Assembly: GCF_009914755.1 (NCBI RefSeq)
Contig: NC_060944.1
Reading direction: 5' to 3' (one strand)
DNA: 64,000 nt
Source: the human T2T-CHM13v2.0 reference genome, Homo sapiens
The notes beneath the pieces are model-generated. The model made no database searches. It was given only the letters and a program-made list of their open reading frames with translations, and was not told the origin of the DNA. Every line of letters begins with the position of its first letter. Position 1 is the first letter of the stretch. Shown piece by piece: positions 44,149-58,870 of this stretch. The translations under genes were made by a program, and so were the position numbers.

Positions 44149-44545
44149 ACAGGTGAAGCATTCTTAATCTGAAAATCTGAAATGCTCCAAAGCTCAAAAC
44201 TTTTTGAGTGTTGACACCATGCTCAAAGGAAACACTCTTTGGAGCATTTGGGATTTCAGAGTTTGTGTGTGTGTGTGTGTGTGTGCGTGTGTGTGTGTGT
44301 GTGTTTAATTTCATTTTTTAAACTAGAGACAGGGTCCTACTGTATTGCCCAGGCTGTCTCAAACTTCCGGCCTCGAGTGACTCTCCCACCTCAGCCTCTC
44401 AAAGCGCTGAGATTACAGGCATAAGCCACTGCACCTGGCCGGGATCTCAGATTTGGGGATTACGCATGCTCAACTGGTAAGTATATTATAAATATCCAAA
44501 ATCTGAAAAACACCCAAACTCCAAAACCCTTCTGATGGCAAACAT
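44149..44545 (+). mobile_element. Tigger4a (TcMar) fossil, interrupted by (TG)n and an Alu monomer
   Basis: aaatctgaaatgctccaaa, gctcaaaggaaa, ttggagcattt, atgctcaactggtaagtata. Confidence 0.85.
44264..44440 (-). mobile_element. FLAM/AluJ left monomer whose tail is a (TG)n tract (44264-44304)
   Basis: TSD gggat(t/c)tcaga on both sides. Confidence 0.88.
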
Positions 44546-45639
44546 CTCTGGTGATTGATAATCAGCCTGTGTGTATGTGCCAGGCACTGTCCTCCGCAGT
44601 GGGGAAACCGCAGAGAACGAAACACTTCCCATCTGAGTGAAGCTTGTGCTGTCGTGAGAGAGGCAGATGATAAACCATGAATAGGTAACATAGTGTCAGG
44701 GAGAGATGAATGCTAGGAAGAAGAAAAATAGGAAAGGAATGGGAAGTGATGGGGGTCTCCTTTAAATAGGAGGGGCAGGGAAAGTCTGAGGAGGTGACAC
44801 TGAGCTAGGACCTGAATGCAGACAATTGGGCGGGGGAGCCTTCTTAGCAGCAAAGAGCACATACAAAAGGCTGGAGGCAGGATTGTGCTTTGGGTGTTGA
44901 GGGAGCCAGCGGTGAGAGATGCAATCTCCAAGCCTGTGGCTATAAGATGTAAACTTGAGAAGTGTACAGAGACACACTGTTAAACTACACACACCATGAA
45001 GAACAACATTTCACCCAGCAGGATTAAGCTATTTCCATTTGTGCGTTCAGTAGATGTATTGAACCTACCTGTGACCCAACCCGCTCCCCTCTGGCCTCCA
45101 AAGATTTGGGCCAGTAAAGACAAAGACCTGGCCGACCTGTGTAGACTGAAGAATCCCAGCCTCCGGCTCAGTGTCCACAGGCCAGGCTTAGGGAAGAGTT
45201 TGTGTGTGAAGTGACAGACCATAGGACTGAGCCACAATCTAGGCTCGGAGTCTTTGAAGCTAATGACCAAGCTAATGATACACAAACCCGGGAGTTGAAG
45301 AGGACCCCCGACCAAAACTCTAAATTAGCCTAACCTCAAACTGTGTCAAACTCAGCCAAAAAAATGTTATGAGCTTGGTTTGTTGTTTCCTCCCACCCTC
45401 TCTGCCTCCTTCCCTTCCCTAAAATACAGGATGGGTAGGAAAGAATCTTGCTTTGCAAGAAATAACAAACACAATCACGATGTTTATGAAGACTTGACGT
45501 GTGCTAAGTGGTTTACACTGTCAGAAAGGAATTATGAAATAGACAGAAAAAGATTACTAAATCTCTAACATTCTCTTTAGTTATCTGATTCTATAAGAGC
45601 CGTTGCTTTTCATTGTCTTTATTGATAGTAATACAGATG

Positions 45640-45964
<325 letters not shown>

Positions 45965-46199
45965 AGATGATTTCATCTGTAGAAATGCAAATGTTTTGTC
46001 CCTGGAAACACTATTTTTGCTCTGTGACTATTAACTAGTTCTGCATCTATTGGTAAATTCATTTCAGCATTTCTGATTGCCTATCTATGTGTGTGTTTGA
46101 ATTATCCTTTGAACTATTTGTAACATCTTACTGAGTGCCTGGTTAATTTTAAGAGTTAAGTAAAAATCTTTGTTTTAGATTTATAGAAGAGTCATGATT

Positions 46200-46410
46200 T
46201 TGTCTTTAAAAATATGCTTTAATAACATGCATAATCTTATTTCCAACCCTGTGAGGTGGCTATCATTACCATCATCCCCATTTTACAGACTTACAGAGGA
46301 AAATCGAGGCCTAGGTGTCATGAAATTTGCCCAAGGCCGTCCACAGGTCATTGCTTGAGCCAAGCTTTGCACCCAGGCAATTTGAACCCAGAGCTGAATC
46401 TGTTCACCAC
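46200..46410 (-). mobile_element. MIR SINE
   Basis: caaccctgtgaggtgg...catccccattttacaga...tttgcccaagg. Confidence 0.78.
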
Positions 46411-46724
46411 TATACCACGTGGTTCCTGTTGTGTAGCCTTTCATCACTGTATGGTGTGACAGGCTCACCCCCAACTGGGCTGCTGCATTTCAAGTTGGTG
46501 ACCTTGATGTTGGCCCTTCAGGATTCCCCAGTGTTCAGTGCCTTTGTAGTTGTCCAGTGTGGCCAGCTCCACTGGGAACCCCACGGAGAAGGCGTGAGGC
46601 CTTTTCCTCCACTGTGTTCTTCTCTGAATGCCTACTGCAGAGCTCTGACCTGTGTGGGTGCAGCCAGGTTCTTACTGATGGGGAATGGGAAGCCAATTGA
46701 TAGAGGCCTTAAAACCTCCAGCTT

Positions 46725-47020
46725 GGCCACATGCTGGGGCTCATGCCTGTAATCCCAACACTTTGGGAGGCCAAGGCAGGAGGATCGCTTGAGCCTAGGA
46801 GTTTGAGACCAGCCCGGGCAACTTGGCAAAACCCTGTCTCTACAAAAAACACAAAAATTAGCTGGGAGTGGTGGTGTGCACCTGTAGTCCCAGCTACTTG
46901 GGGGGCTGAGGGGGTGGATTGTTGGAGCCCAGGAGGTCGAATCTGCAGTGAGCCATGATCGCACCAGTGCACGTCAGCCTGGGCAACAGAGCGAGACCCC
47001 TGTCTCCCACCAAAAAACCC
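46725..47020 (+). mobile_element. AluJ-like
   Basis: ggatcgcttgagcctagg; TSD acctccagct. Confidence 0.92.
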
Positions 47021-47744
47021 ACCTCCAGCTCAGAGTCTGTACTTGTTCCTCAATGACACTGAGGTCTACTGCTTTTATTTGTTTAACAGAATAAATGCAA
47101 AGCAATAGTATGATTGCTATCACAAGAATGTCAAATTCTTTAAGGTAGCAAAGAACAACTATAACCTGAGAATGTTACTAGCTGATAGATGGATTGGCTT
47201 TTAAAAACACCCAGAAACTATTGAACCACAGATATTATCTGAAGGGAGAATGAACAAATTAATGTTTCATTTAGTTGCTGTTCCTGTATGAAATTCTAAC
47301 CACAGCTCAATGGAGTCAGAACCCCAATATTGCTGTGGTGTGTTTTGTGAGCAGTATTTGTATTTGCATGCTGTGGTATTGCCAGCTAACAGTTACTAAG
47401 CACTTTGCATCCAGATCCTTTGTAAATATTTTATATACATGTTCTCATTTAATGTTTAAGTGACTCTATGGTGTAAGTTCTATTATTAGCTTTGTTTTAT
47501 GGATGAAGTGACTGAGGTCCAGAGACATAGCCACTTGCCAAAGGCCCCAAATCTGCTAAGTGGAGCTGCCAATCAAACTCCCCTGCACATACATAATTCA
47601 CACTCATTCTAGAAGAAGAGGAAAGCTCAGAGAGGGAGTCAAAACTCCATTTCTAGTATTTCCTTCCAACAGGGAACCCTGTCCTCCCTCTGAAGGTAGC
47701 ACTCTCACTTTAATTTCTAAAATAACTTTTGTTTCCCAGCTTCC

Positions 47745-48260
47745 TGATGGAGTAGCCAACCTTGCAGATGGCCCTCGATGATCGGCAGTACCTGGTCTTC
47801 ATGTGCTTGTGTTGTTCCTCAATATTGTCCCTCAAATGTTGAATCAGGACTACAGTGGAAATTATAATGTGACTTCTGAGGCCAGGTCATAAAAGGCATT
47901 GCTGCTTCTGCCCTGGCCTCTTGGATTGCTTGCTCTGTGAGAAGCTAGCTGCCATGTTGTGAGGACACTCAAGCAGCTCTGTGGAGAGGCCCATATGGAG
48001 AGGAACTGAAGGCTGGGCAACAGCCACACCAACTGGCCAGCCAAGGAAATGAACTATCTTGGAAGTGGGTCCCTAGCTCCAGCCAGATGCATGTAGCCCA
48101 GCTAAAAACTGAATGCACCCTTAGAGCTCCCAAAACAGAACATTCCATCCAAGGTGCTCTCAAATTCTTGAACCAGAGAAACTAGAAGAGATAACAATTA
48201 TTTTTCTTTTAAGTTCCTAAGTGTTGGGGTAACTTGTTATGCAGCAAAGCATAACTAATA
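47745..48260 (+). mobile_element. MLT1F-like MaLR 5' LTR
   Basis: gtgacttctgaggccaggtcataaaagg, gctgccatgttgtgaggacactcaagcagc, ggggtaacttgttatgcagca. Confidence 0.85.
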
Positions 48261-49250
48261 AATATTTAGTTCCTAGAAGCAAGATGCTGCTGTAACAAAA
48301 ATCTAAAAATATGAGAGTGGTTTTGGGACCAACAGTGGGAAAAAGTTGTAGAGACCATGAAGAGAGTGTGAGGGAAAGCCTAAATGGTCTTAAAGAGACT
48401 GTTTTCAGAAATATGATGGCCTTCAAGGAGGCTATTGGTAAGATCTTGAAGAAAATTGAGGAACATGTTACTGGAAGCTGGAAGAAAGGGGATTCTTACC
48501 CATGGAACAGCAGAACATCTAGCACATTTTGTTAACATGGAAAATAGAAAATGTACCTACTGAACTGGGTGATCCAGCTAAAAAGATTTCCAGGCAGAGT
48601 GGTATAGGTGCCACCTTGATTTTCGTTGCTACTTTGAGTAAAAATCAGAGGAAAGATAAGCTAAAGAAGAAAAAAACCTATTTATTACAAAAGAGGCAGA
48701 AACTGCAGGGTTTGAAAATGCCCAGTCTGTCAAGGTAACAGACAATGTGAAAATTTTAAAAACATTTTGAGACAAAGATAAAATCCAAAGTACAGCCAGA
48801 AAAACAGAGCGTAAAGATGAAACTAAGGTGTGGCTGCAAGGTTTTCTTGTTTAGACCTCAGAACTATGCAAGGTGTAGTCTTTCAGCCACTTCATAGCAT
48901 CCTAAAGTAGAAAAGAGATTTGCGGGTGTAGCTTTTGTCTAACAGAGTGAATGTCAATAAGATTCATAGGACACTTGCAAAAATTTTAAGAGAATTTCAC
49001 TAGCAAAAACATTGCCAGCTTTGACTGAATAGAAAAGAAACACTACAAGATGAACTGAAGACTTCTATTGGCAAATAAACTACTCAACTGCAAAAACACG
49101 TTTACTTTTATGAAAAAGAAAAGATAATTCAGGGATTAGAAGCAAGAACCCAGAAGACAGAGCCAAGAGCTGTAAAGAATCATTTTCAGCAGTAACAGGA
49201 CTGAGTCCTGGCCAAGGAACTTGCATAATGTTCCTGGCTAGACTTCAAAA
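48261..49250 (+). mobile_element. MaLR internal region (MLT1-int) with a degraded gag-like frame
   Basis: Directly follows the LTR; tgctgctgtaacaaa; ORFs 48311-48535 (..WKKGDS..) and 48529-48738 (..ELGDPAKKISRQS..) resemble MaLR-int remnants. Confidence 0.75.
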
Positions 49251-49833
49251 TTTATCAATAATAGACAATCAGTGTACCTAGTAACTACCTGAAGCACACA
49301 GAGAAATCAAAAAGGATTCATTAGAGAAGGAAAACTTGCCAAGCAGGTAGGAATCTGATTTACAATTGCTTTTTTTAAAAAAAGACACCTATGGTGGAGC
49401 TTTCTTGACTAATTTTCTTCCTTGCATTATTCTTGATACACAGAGAAGCCAAACCAGTGATTCATCCATGACTCAGTCATAAATAAAGTGGCAAGTGGGA
49501 TGCTGACTGACTTTGGCACCTGAATTCTAAGGTGCTACAGAAGTGTGGATTTTTATCAACAAACTAACACAGAGTTGAGGTTTTCAACTCCACTACTATG
49601 AGCCCTGGGACTTCCAAAGAGATGTCTCTCGGTCTTTCTTGGGGAGGAGTAAAGGTGAGGGTTGCTTTCTCCTTCAATTCAGCTTGAAACAACTCTGCTT
49701 TTTGTTCAAAAATTTATACACACATATGTGTAGTCTTTGTACATGAAAATGTAAAGAAGAAAATAAAATTGGTACAGATTAAGCCCAAGACAACTCCTAC
49801 TTTCATTAATATAATTGCACGAGGTTAGCATGG

Positions 49834-50322
49834 TAGGTGTTCTGATGAATATGCTCCACCTCCATTCCACCCTCCCTCTAGCATCCCTGCTTGTAAGGCA
49901 GAGGCTATAAAGATGAAAATCATATTTTCTGGACTCTTTTGCAGCTAGATTTCTGGATGTGAATTAGATTCTGCTAAATGGATGTACCTGTGTGGAATTT
50001 GGAAGGTGAGGCAGGTGCCATTGTCCTGCCCCTTTTGGATGTGAGAGATGGGGTTTACTGCAGCTGCAACCCCCTGTGCATTTTCCAGCTTGTTCATTGT
50101 TGAGAAGCAGGTACGGTCATGTGCTCTCGAACTCTGTGGTTCTATTGGCAACCTCAGAGTTTGTAGCCCCATGCAAGGCCAGTTCTGCATGCTATGGGAG
50201 TCTTTCTTGGAAGAACACATTGGATTCCAGTCCCCAAAGCTCCCAGTGGTCTTGCAAGCACCGTGTTTCTTACATTAAACCCTGGAATGTTTTCTATTTC
50301 TTGCTTTGAAACTTGACTGATA
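49834..50322 (+). mobile_element. LTR16-group ERVL LTR
   Basis: tttctggactcttttgcagctag, cattaaaccc...cttgactgata. Confidence 0.65.
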
Positions 50323-50589
50323 TGATTAAATAATTAAACATTACAGAAATAAACAAAAAGTAAAAGCTTCCCTCCCTATCCCAATTCCAATTTTTCTTTG
50401 TAACATATTTATTATTTCAGAAAACTTTTCTTTGAAAACCTCTTTATAGATAAGTGCATATATTGTTAAAATATGTTGTTATATATGTAAAATACATATA
50501 TGTATTATATTATGTAATATTACTCAAAAAAGTCATAATATAGCTATGGTCTTGCATATTGATTTTTTAAATTACAAATCTTTTTGAAC

Positions 50590-51245
50590 CTCAATGAGAA
50601 CCCCTCACCAGAATGACTAAAAAAAGAAAAAACCTGACACTAGTAAGTGTTGACAAGGACCGGGAGCAATAAGAACTCTCATACATTGCTGGTGTGAGAA
50701 TTGTAAATTAGTTGGACCACTTTGTAAAACTGATTGGCAGTTTTCATTAAAGTTAAATATACACCTATCCACTGCCTCAGCAGCTTGTCCACAAAAAGAC
50801 TCATACAAGAATGTTCAGAGCAGCTTTACTATATTAGTCAAAAAGTAGAAACAACCCAAATGTCCCATATGTAAATGAATAACAAATTGTGTTATAACCT
50901 ATAATAGAATGTTACATAGCAATGAAAAGGAACAAAGCACTCATGTATACATAACATGGATGAATTTCAAGAACATTATGCTAAGTGAAAGAAGCCAAGT
51001 ATAAGAGAATGCACACCATGTGATTCCTTTTCTGTGAAGTTCAAGAACAGGCAGAACTACTCAACAGCCCCCAAAGTCAGAAGAATGGTTCCTTTGTGTG
51101 GGGAGAGGGCGTGACTGATTCTAAAGAGCACAGGGAGCCCTCTCAAGTGACGGGAATGTTCCATCTCTGGATCTTGGTGGTTACAGGGGTGTAGACACAT
51201 GGAAAAATTACTCAAGCTGTGTACTTAAGACTAGCACACTTTCCT
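50590..51245 (+). mobile_element. L1M 3' end inserted into an older opposite-strand L1ME (flanks about 50325-50585 and 51270-51700)
   Basis: aactctcatacattgctggtg, gaaacaacccaaatgtcc, catggatgaatttc...gctaagtgaaagaagcca. Confidence 0.85.
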
Positions 51246-53005
51246 AACTAAAAGGTTATCTTTTTGTATCAGCACATTTACATCTGATTCCTTCTGTCGA
51301 CTATCTGCAGAGATTTCTAGTGCACAAAGTTCCATGTTTTAACCACTGCCCTGTGTATGGACTTAATAGGTCGTCTTCAGCATTTTTGCCATTGCAGATG
51401 ATGCTATGATGAGCATCCCTGGACATACCTCTTGTGATTCCACCGCAAGTATCCGTAGGGTAAATTCCTAGAAGAGAAATTGGTGGGTCAGAGGGAATGT
51501 GGCTCTTGATGTTTCACAGACATTGCCCAATTGCTCTCCAAAAATCTTGCAGCAAACATGCACTCCCGTGAACACCACAGTCATGAGAGTGCTGGTTTTT
51601 CCCACACTCTCCCCAGCACTGGAGATTATCAACTTTCACAATGTTTGCCGATCTGATAAGTAAAAGAAAATTATCTTTTTTTTTTTTTTAATTAGAAGCT
51701 GCTCTATCTTTATCCATTTCTCATATTGGGTTTCTGCATCTGATTTTGTTTTTTTAAAAGGAACAAATTTGTTTTATTCGTTGCTAAATAAAACAAATTA
51801 AAATTTAAGACTAGAATAAAGGAAAGATCACATTTCTTGAGATTTAACAGCCAAAGGAAGAACAGAATTTCTCTCCGGTGGGTCGTTTCTGTAACACTGA
51901 GGCTGGGAGACCCCGTGGACGCCCAACTCACAGCTCATGGGGCCAATTCTGGCTTTGGGCACGATGTTTCAACTTTCTGTGCCTCAGTTTCTTCACCCGT
52001 GAAGTGGAGGGAATAACAGTGTTATTATTGCTGTGACAGTCGTTTGAGCTGTGACTCATGCAGGGCTCAGACCGCGCCTGGTCTTATCTCTGCTTCTGCC
52101 ATTGCCGACATCAGCGTGAGTTGTTATAGAGGCTTCCCCTGTGGGCTTGAGTTTCTGTTTTTCTAAAATGAGGCTGCGGAGTGAGATCCCTTCCAGCTCT
52201 CCCGCTCTCCTGATTTCCTGTCCCGTGGCCCCGTGAAGACGTTGCTTCCCTGCCCTGGGCACTATGTCCCAGCTTCCTGAGGTCACCCAGACACCAACGT
52301 ACCACCCAGGCTGTGCTGCCTCCGCCTTCTCCTAAAGGCGGCCACACTCAGTTGCCTGGCCACAAAGCGATGAAGCTTTTTCCAGAACCTCGGGATCCCT
52401 GGAGAGAGCATTTCCCTTGGCTTCAGCTGCAGCCCCTCTTTCTAGATGGAGTGAGCTCCATCGCGGGGGTCCCCCAGGGGGACAGATACCTTCCTGTTCC
52501 CTCTGCCCAAGGGCCCACGCTCAGAGCACTGCCTCCCACACTGTCCCTCTGCAGATCAACCGAGGCTTTGACTCCAACAGAGAGTGGATTCTAATTTAGT
52601 CTTGGCTGGGACCCCTTTCCCGCAAAAAGATATCTGACCTGATGTCTTGCCAAGTCTCTACCCTCCTCGGCTTACATCATGGAAACTGTCTCTTTTACTT
52701 CATGGAATTCAAGAACACTTTCTTCCTTCTGGGTCTGAATCTGAAGCCAGTCACGAAGGGAAGGCACTAATTTCTCTAATTGAAAAATCCTCTCCTCCAG
52801 ATTGTAATGGCCCCGGACAAAAGGATCAGATCATTTGAAAGACAAATACTCTCTAAGTAAGTTTCCACATTGTTAATATTTCTTGCCTCTCTGGCCCCCA
52901 CTTTCCTATTTCAAGGCCTCTCTCTAGTCCTGGTTGTGTTCGCTGGAGCCCAGAACCTAACCTGGCTTTTTTTCCCATTAAATAATCAATTATAGACTCA
53001 CATCA

Positions 53006-53304
53006 GGCTGGGCACAGTGGCTCACACCTATAATCCCAGCACTTTGGGAGGCTGATGTGGGGCGGATCACCTGAGGTCAGCAGTTCGAGACAAGCCTGGC
53101 CAACATAAGGAAACCTCGTCTCTAACTAAAAATACAAAAATTATCCTGACATGGTCGTGGGCACCTGTAATCACACCTACTAGGGAGGCTGAGGCTGGAG
53201 AACAGCTTGATCCCGGGAGGTGGAGGTTGTAGTGAGCCGAGATTGCACCACTGTACTCTAGCCTGGGCGACAGAGCAAGACTCTGTCTCAAAGATAAAAA
53301 AAAA
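53006..53304 (+). mobile_element. AluSx-like
   Basis: TSD agactcacatca at 52994-53005 and 53305-53316. Confidence 0.95.
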
Positions 53305-53893
53305 AGACTCACATCAAAGCGAGGTTGATGAGGAGGACAGCAGGGAAAGACGTGCACTTGCTTATTAGTTGTTCATTTTGATGGCTCTTTTCATCTTCAC
53401 TTTGAGGGCTGGGAAGGCACAACATGTTAGGTTTGATGGGGCTATTGTCAAATAAAATGCAAGGCATCGAGACGCACACTCATAAAAAGAAAAGTGATTT
53501 CCATCGGTTAACCTGAACATTGATTCACTTCATAGCTTGGAAGTTTGCTGTGTCAGGGTCCTGCTAATGTTGAATTCTAAGCCTGCATGCAAAAGTTTGC
53601 AAAACCCCTTCTTTTTGCATAGTTCAGGCGGACATACAGGTAGGTGGATATCAACAGCAGCTGAGACATGGTGAGGATGTAACTATGTGTCAGGCATGAT
53701 CTAAGCATTTGACTCACATCATCTCACTGAAACCTCACACCCACCCTGGAAAGAATGCTACTTCCACTAACTTCAGTCTACAGAAAAATGAGAGTTAGTG
53801 AGGCTTATTAATAAGAAGTTCAAGGTCACACAGGAAACCTGAGCAGAGCCATGACTGAGGCTCGGTCTGTCTGGGCCTCCAACCTCCCTGTTC

Positions 53894-54125
53894 CAGGGCT
53901 TCTAGATCTCTACACTATTGACATTTGAGGCTGGGGTAATTGTGTGTGGGGGGGGGCGGGGGGGCGCGTAGGGGCTGTTCTATGCATTGTAGATGTTTAA
54001 AAGCATCCCTGGCCTCTACCCACAAGATGCCAGTGGCACCCGTTCCCCAGATGTGACAGCTAAAAATGTCAGACATTGCCAAGTGTCCACTGGGGGACAA
54101 CATGACTTCTGGTCAAGAACCAGTG
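53894..54125 (-). mobile_element. MER20
   Basis: actattgacatttg, agcatccctggcctctaccca, aaaaatgtcagacattgccaa. Confidence 0.9.
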
Positions 54126-54424
54126 TGTTCAGTCTTTTCAGTGTCTCTGTTCTCTTCCTGCCACCCACGTGCACGTTAGGGCATGCTCCTTGGGACCCTC
54201 TACAGACTGTGGAAGCTACTTGGGAGGCAACCACTCCTGTAATCACTGAGCTTCTGAAACTGACCCTCCACCTCATGGGCCAGGGTATCTCAGTTCCAAG
54301 AAACCTGCTACTCCGCCTGCAGTCATCAAGAAGCTACTGTGCACGAGTGGTTTCCAGAAGTTACAGAAATGGACGAGACATAGCCTTCCCTCACCACCAA
54401 GAGTGGAGGTTAGAATCTAGTGCC

Positions 54425-54590
54425 CCATAGCCAAATCTGGCTTAGGAGTGTGTTCACCATCTTTGCAAAAGACTTATACAAAATTGAATTAATGGCCAAC
54501 ACCTAAAAATTTGAAACTTTCATATTTTTTAATTAAAAAAAATCTAAATTTCTGGCTTATGTGGAAAATTGGAAGATCTGGCTATTGTCA
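54425..54590. mobile_element. MER103-like hAT fossil
   Basis: aaatttctggctt...gaaaattggaagatctggc. Confidence 0.55.
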
Positions 54591-56000
54591 AGAGTGGGAA
54601 ACCCCTGACAACACCGTCAGTTGCCCTGCATTTTTCCATGACTCCCTGTCACCCCCCATCACCCACCCCGGTTACACAAACAGCTCAGGCCAACTGGGCA
54701 GTTCAGGATGGGGCCCCAGAGCTTGATCAGAAGCTCCTGGAGCGCTGATATCAATACTAGTGATATTAACTTGTAATCCCTCCTACCAAGTCTCTTCAGA
54801 TGGCTGACCTTAATGCAGCAAGATTCCCAGAGGAGGGAGGGATTGCTATGGGCTGGAGACTCAAAGAGGGCTCCCTGGAGGAGGTGAGCTGGGCAGTAAA
54901 AGTAGGTAGTGTTTGGCAAGATTGCAATTCAGAGAAGGAGATGCTTCATGGTAGACGCTGGATGACAGATGAGCTGTTATGTGCAGAAAGGGGCCAAAGA
55001 GAGAGCAGGTGGCCATAGGGAAGAAATGTAGTTCCTGTCCCCATGGGGCTGCCAGGCTGGTTCAAGAACCTCAATGCCCCAACTTCCTTACCTGAAGGGT
55101 GGGGACTAATAATGGCACCCATCACAAGTGCTGCTTTGCCCCCAGGGAGCTCCTCGATCTTAGGTGTCATGTTCATTCAGCTGAATTCCTCTGTTAGTTG
55201 CTCTATAATTGGTGTCTATTTTTATTAATGTTGATAATACACCAAGCTCATGTATGTGGATCATCCAGGGGCTGAAGGTAAAGAAGCACCTCTTAGTAGC
55301 TCACTTGTCCTAAGAGAATTCCAGCTACAAAAAGTGAGGAGCTCCTTGGGCAAGGCCTGGTGCAGGCAGCCTTGCTACGAGGGGGACAGTTCCTGCCCTT
55401 CAGAGGGAAAGTCCAACTAGGAAAAGCAAATCAAGGGGAGCACTCTCTCCAGGGACGCCCAGTTGCTGAAGAATTATTGTTGGCCCAGCTCATTGTAAAT
55501 GCAACCACGTTAGTTTTTGTGAACATCGCTTGTTATACCAGCCCAGGGGCTGTTGCTTCCAGCTGGAAAGCTGGCCGAGGAGAAATGGGTAGTAAAGTAT
55601 TTCATAAAATTGGTTTGAGAATTGAGGGGCCAGCTTCACATCAAGGCATGAAGAGAGGCACCGGGCCTGAGCAGCTGCGTTTACTGTCCGGTGTAACTGG
55701 ATATAAGCGTGGCTGTAAAACAGATATTTATGAGTGAGTCTGATGGAGCGGTATCACCAGGTGCTTCTGTGGCCTAATCACATAGGTGACAAATTAAACA
55801 GCAGAGTTGAAGTTAAGAATAAATAATGTTTAATTACAGGTCACTGCTGCCCTGGCTGCAAGGTGAATCCCATTCAAATTCATGGTAGGTGAACTAGAGA
55901 AACCACACATCTGAGATTCTGCTTTCTCCTGCTTCCTTCCCACCACGCTACCACTCTGGGTTTCAGAGCTGGATGTTCAGTCTGGAAAAGAAGACCTCCT

Positions 56001-56316
<316 letters not shown>

Positions 56317-56357
56317 TAACCTATGTCTTTTCTGCCCAACTAGACTGTACATTCTTT

Positions 56358-57150
<793 letters not shown>

Positions 57151-57205
57151 TCAGCATGCATGACGTATCAGGAACAGTCATAGGTGGTAGGGATGCAACA
57201 GAACT

Positions 57206-57680
57206 GTGAAGGTTCTAAGATTTTTCCATACTTTCAGCTAATAAGTGAGCCTGTCACAGTGTTGTCAATGCAGGAAGATGACATAAGACTACTGGGTCAG
57301 AGATAAAGGAGTTTATTACTACACAGCAGGCAGCATGAGATTTATGCTTGTGTCTGTTTCCTCTTTACCCTTAAGTCCTATGAGGGGTGACAGACAGTGA
57401 CCCAGGTGCTTGCTATCCACACAAGGTTTTGCATCATAGCAGAGGAAACCTGAGTTTAGGGAATCCCAGTTTTTTATAAGCTTCTAGATCCTGCCCACCC
57501 TTTGCCCTAGAGGGAGGCATTACTGGTAAGCAAACAAACTTTCCCTCTGTTATCTCTATTTTCCAAGACTATTTGCTTACAAACATCCTTGGAAAGGTAG
57601 TCTGGAATGCCCATGCTGTCAGTGTCTCTGCTCACAAGATATACTGACATTCTGGAAACCCATGGAACACTGTCTCCCAG
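57206..57680 (-). mobile_element. ERVL-class solo LTR (LTR47-like, subfamily uncertain)
   Basis: ctgggtcagagataaaggagtttattact...cagcaggcagcatgag; minus-strand AATAAA at about 57311. Confidence 0.55.
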
Positions 57681-57759
57681 CAGCTACCACTTTAGAAGTT
57701 TGTCAGGGAGGAGATCGCAGGACTCTCCTCTGCCATGTGCTGGTGGTGAGCCGTTTCCA

Positions 57760-57965
57760 GTTCACTGTGCACCAGGCACTGCACGTGGCTTGTCTCACTC
57801 CTCTTCATAACCCCATGAGACAGACCATTGTCAGGCCTATTGACAGGTTAGGAAATTGAGACTCAGAGAAGCTAACTTGCCCTAGGCCACCTCTCTTGTC
57901 AGTAGCAGAGCCAGGACTTGAACTGAGGACTGCTGACTCCAGAGCCCCATCCCATGTTCTGCTCT
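57760..57965 (-). mobile_element. MIR SINE
   Basis: ggaaattgagactcagaga...gcagagccaggacttgaac...ctgactccagagccc. Confidence 0.8.
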
Positions 57966-58589
57966 CAACACATAACACTCATGGAACAAAACGAGTTATT
58001 TAGAAAATACCAGTCAATGCGGTTCTTGGAACCTCACCCTGGTCTGTGACCCCAGAACCAACATGTGCCCCTGCCCCTCTCTGACCTCCCTGGCAGCCAG
58101 CCTTCCTAAAGTGACAGGCGGTCTTCTGCCCTCTCCACCTCCTGTGGAGCCAGAAGCCTGGTGCCCTCTCTCTTGGTCTGTGTCCAAGTAAGGAAGAGCA
58201 GCCACATCACGGATGCTGGGCAAACATCAGCAGCAAGGGATGCCCAGACTCGGGGAGGAAGACCCGCTTCTAAGCTGCTCTAGTGTAGTGTGAATACTCC
58301 ATAAACTTCCCAGCTGTCTTCCACCCACCCAGGGTTCCCTCGCCAACAGGATCCCTCCACTCAGGGCCCTGAGGGAGGCTCTTGGGAAGTCTTTGAAAGC
58401 TGGAAGGAGCTTTTCCTGAAAGAAGAGGTTCGGCTAGTCTGGTCTCTTGTCTTTTAAACTGCCCTGCAAGGACAGAAAAAGTCCTTGGACTTCTCATTGC
58501 AAAATCTCAATCCACCGCCTCCTAGGTTGGCAGGAGTTGCTGCTGGGGAGAGGGAGTGAGGCATGCTGGGAAGAATGTGGAAGGTGAAG

Positions 58590-58870
58590 TCCAACAGGCC
58601 TGAGTTCAAATCCCAGCTTCACCTTTTTCCAGCTGTGTGACCTTGGGCCTCAGTTTCCCCATCTGCAAAGTGAGGATAATGCTTGCACCTACCTCACAGA
58701 GTCACTGGGAAGGTTTAATCAGATTATGCATAAGGAGGCATTCATTCTATCTTTAAAAAATATTTACGAAACACTTAATATGTGCAGGAACAGTTCTAGG
58801 TGCTAGGACTACAACCGTGAGAAAAACGCCTTGCAAAGCTCACATTCTAGAGGAGGAGACAGATAATACC
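58590..58870. mobile_element. MIR (+) followed by an L2 fragment (-)
   Basis: gttcaaatcccagct...gctgtgtgaccttggg...cctcagtttccccatctg; tatgtgcaggaacagttctaggtgct. Confidence 0.75.

Noticed and set aside
48311-48738. Possible domesticated gag gene
   Set aside because: Short, frameshifted fragments consistent with neutral decay
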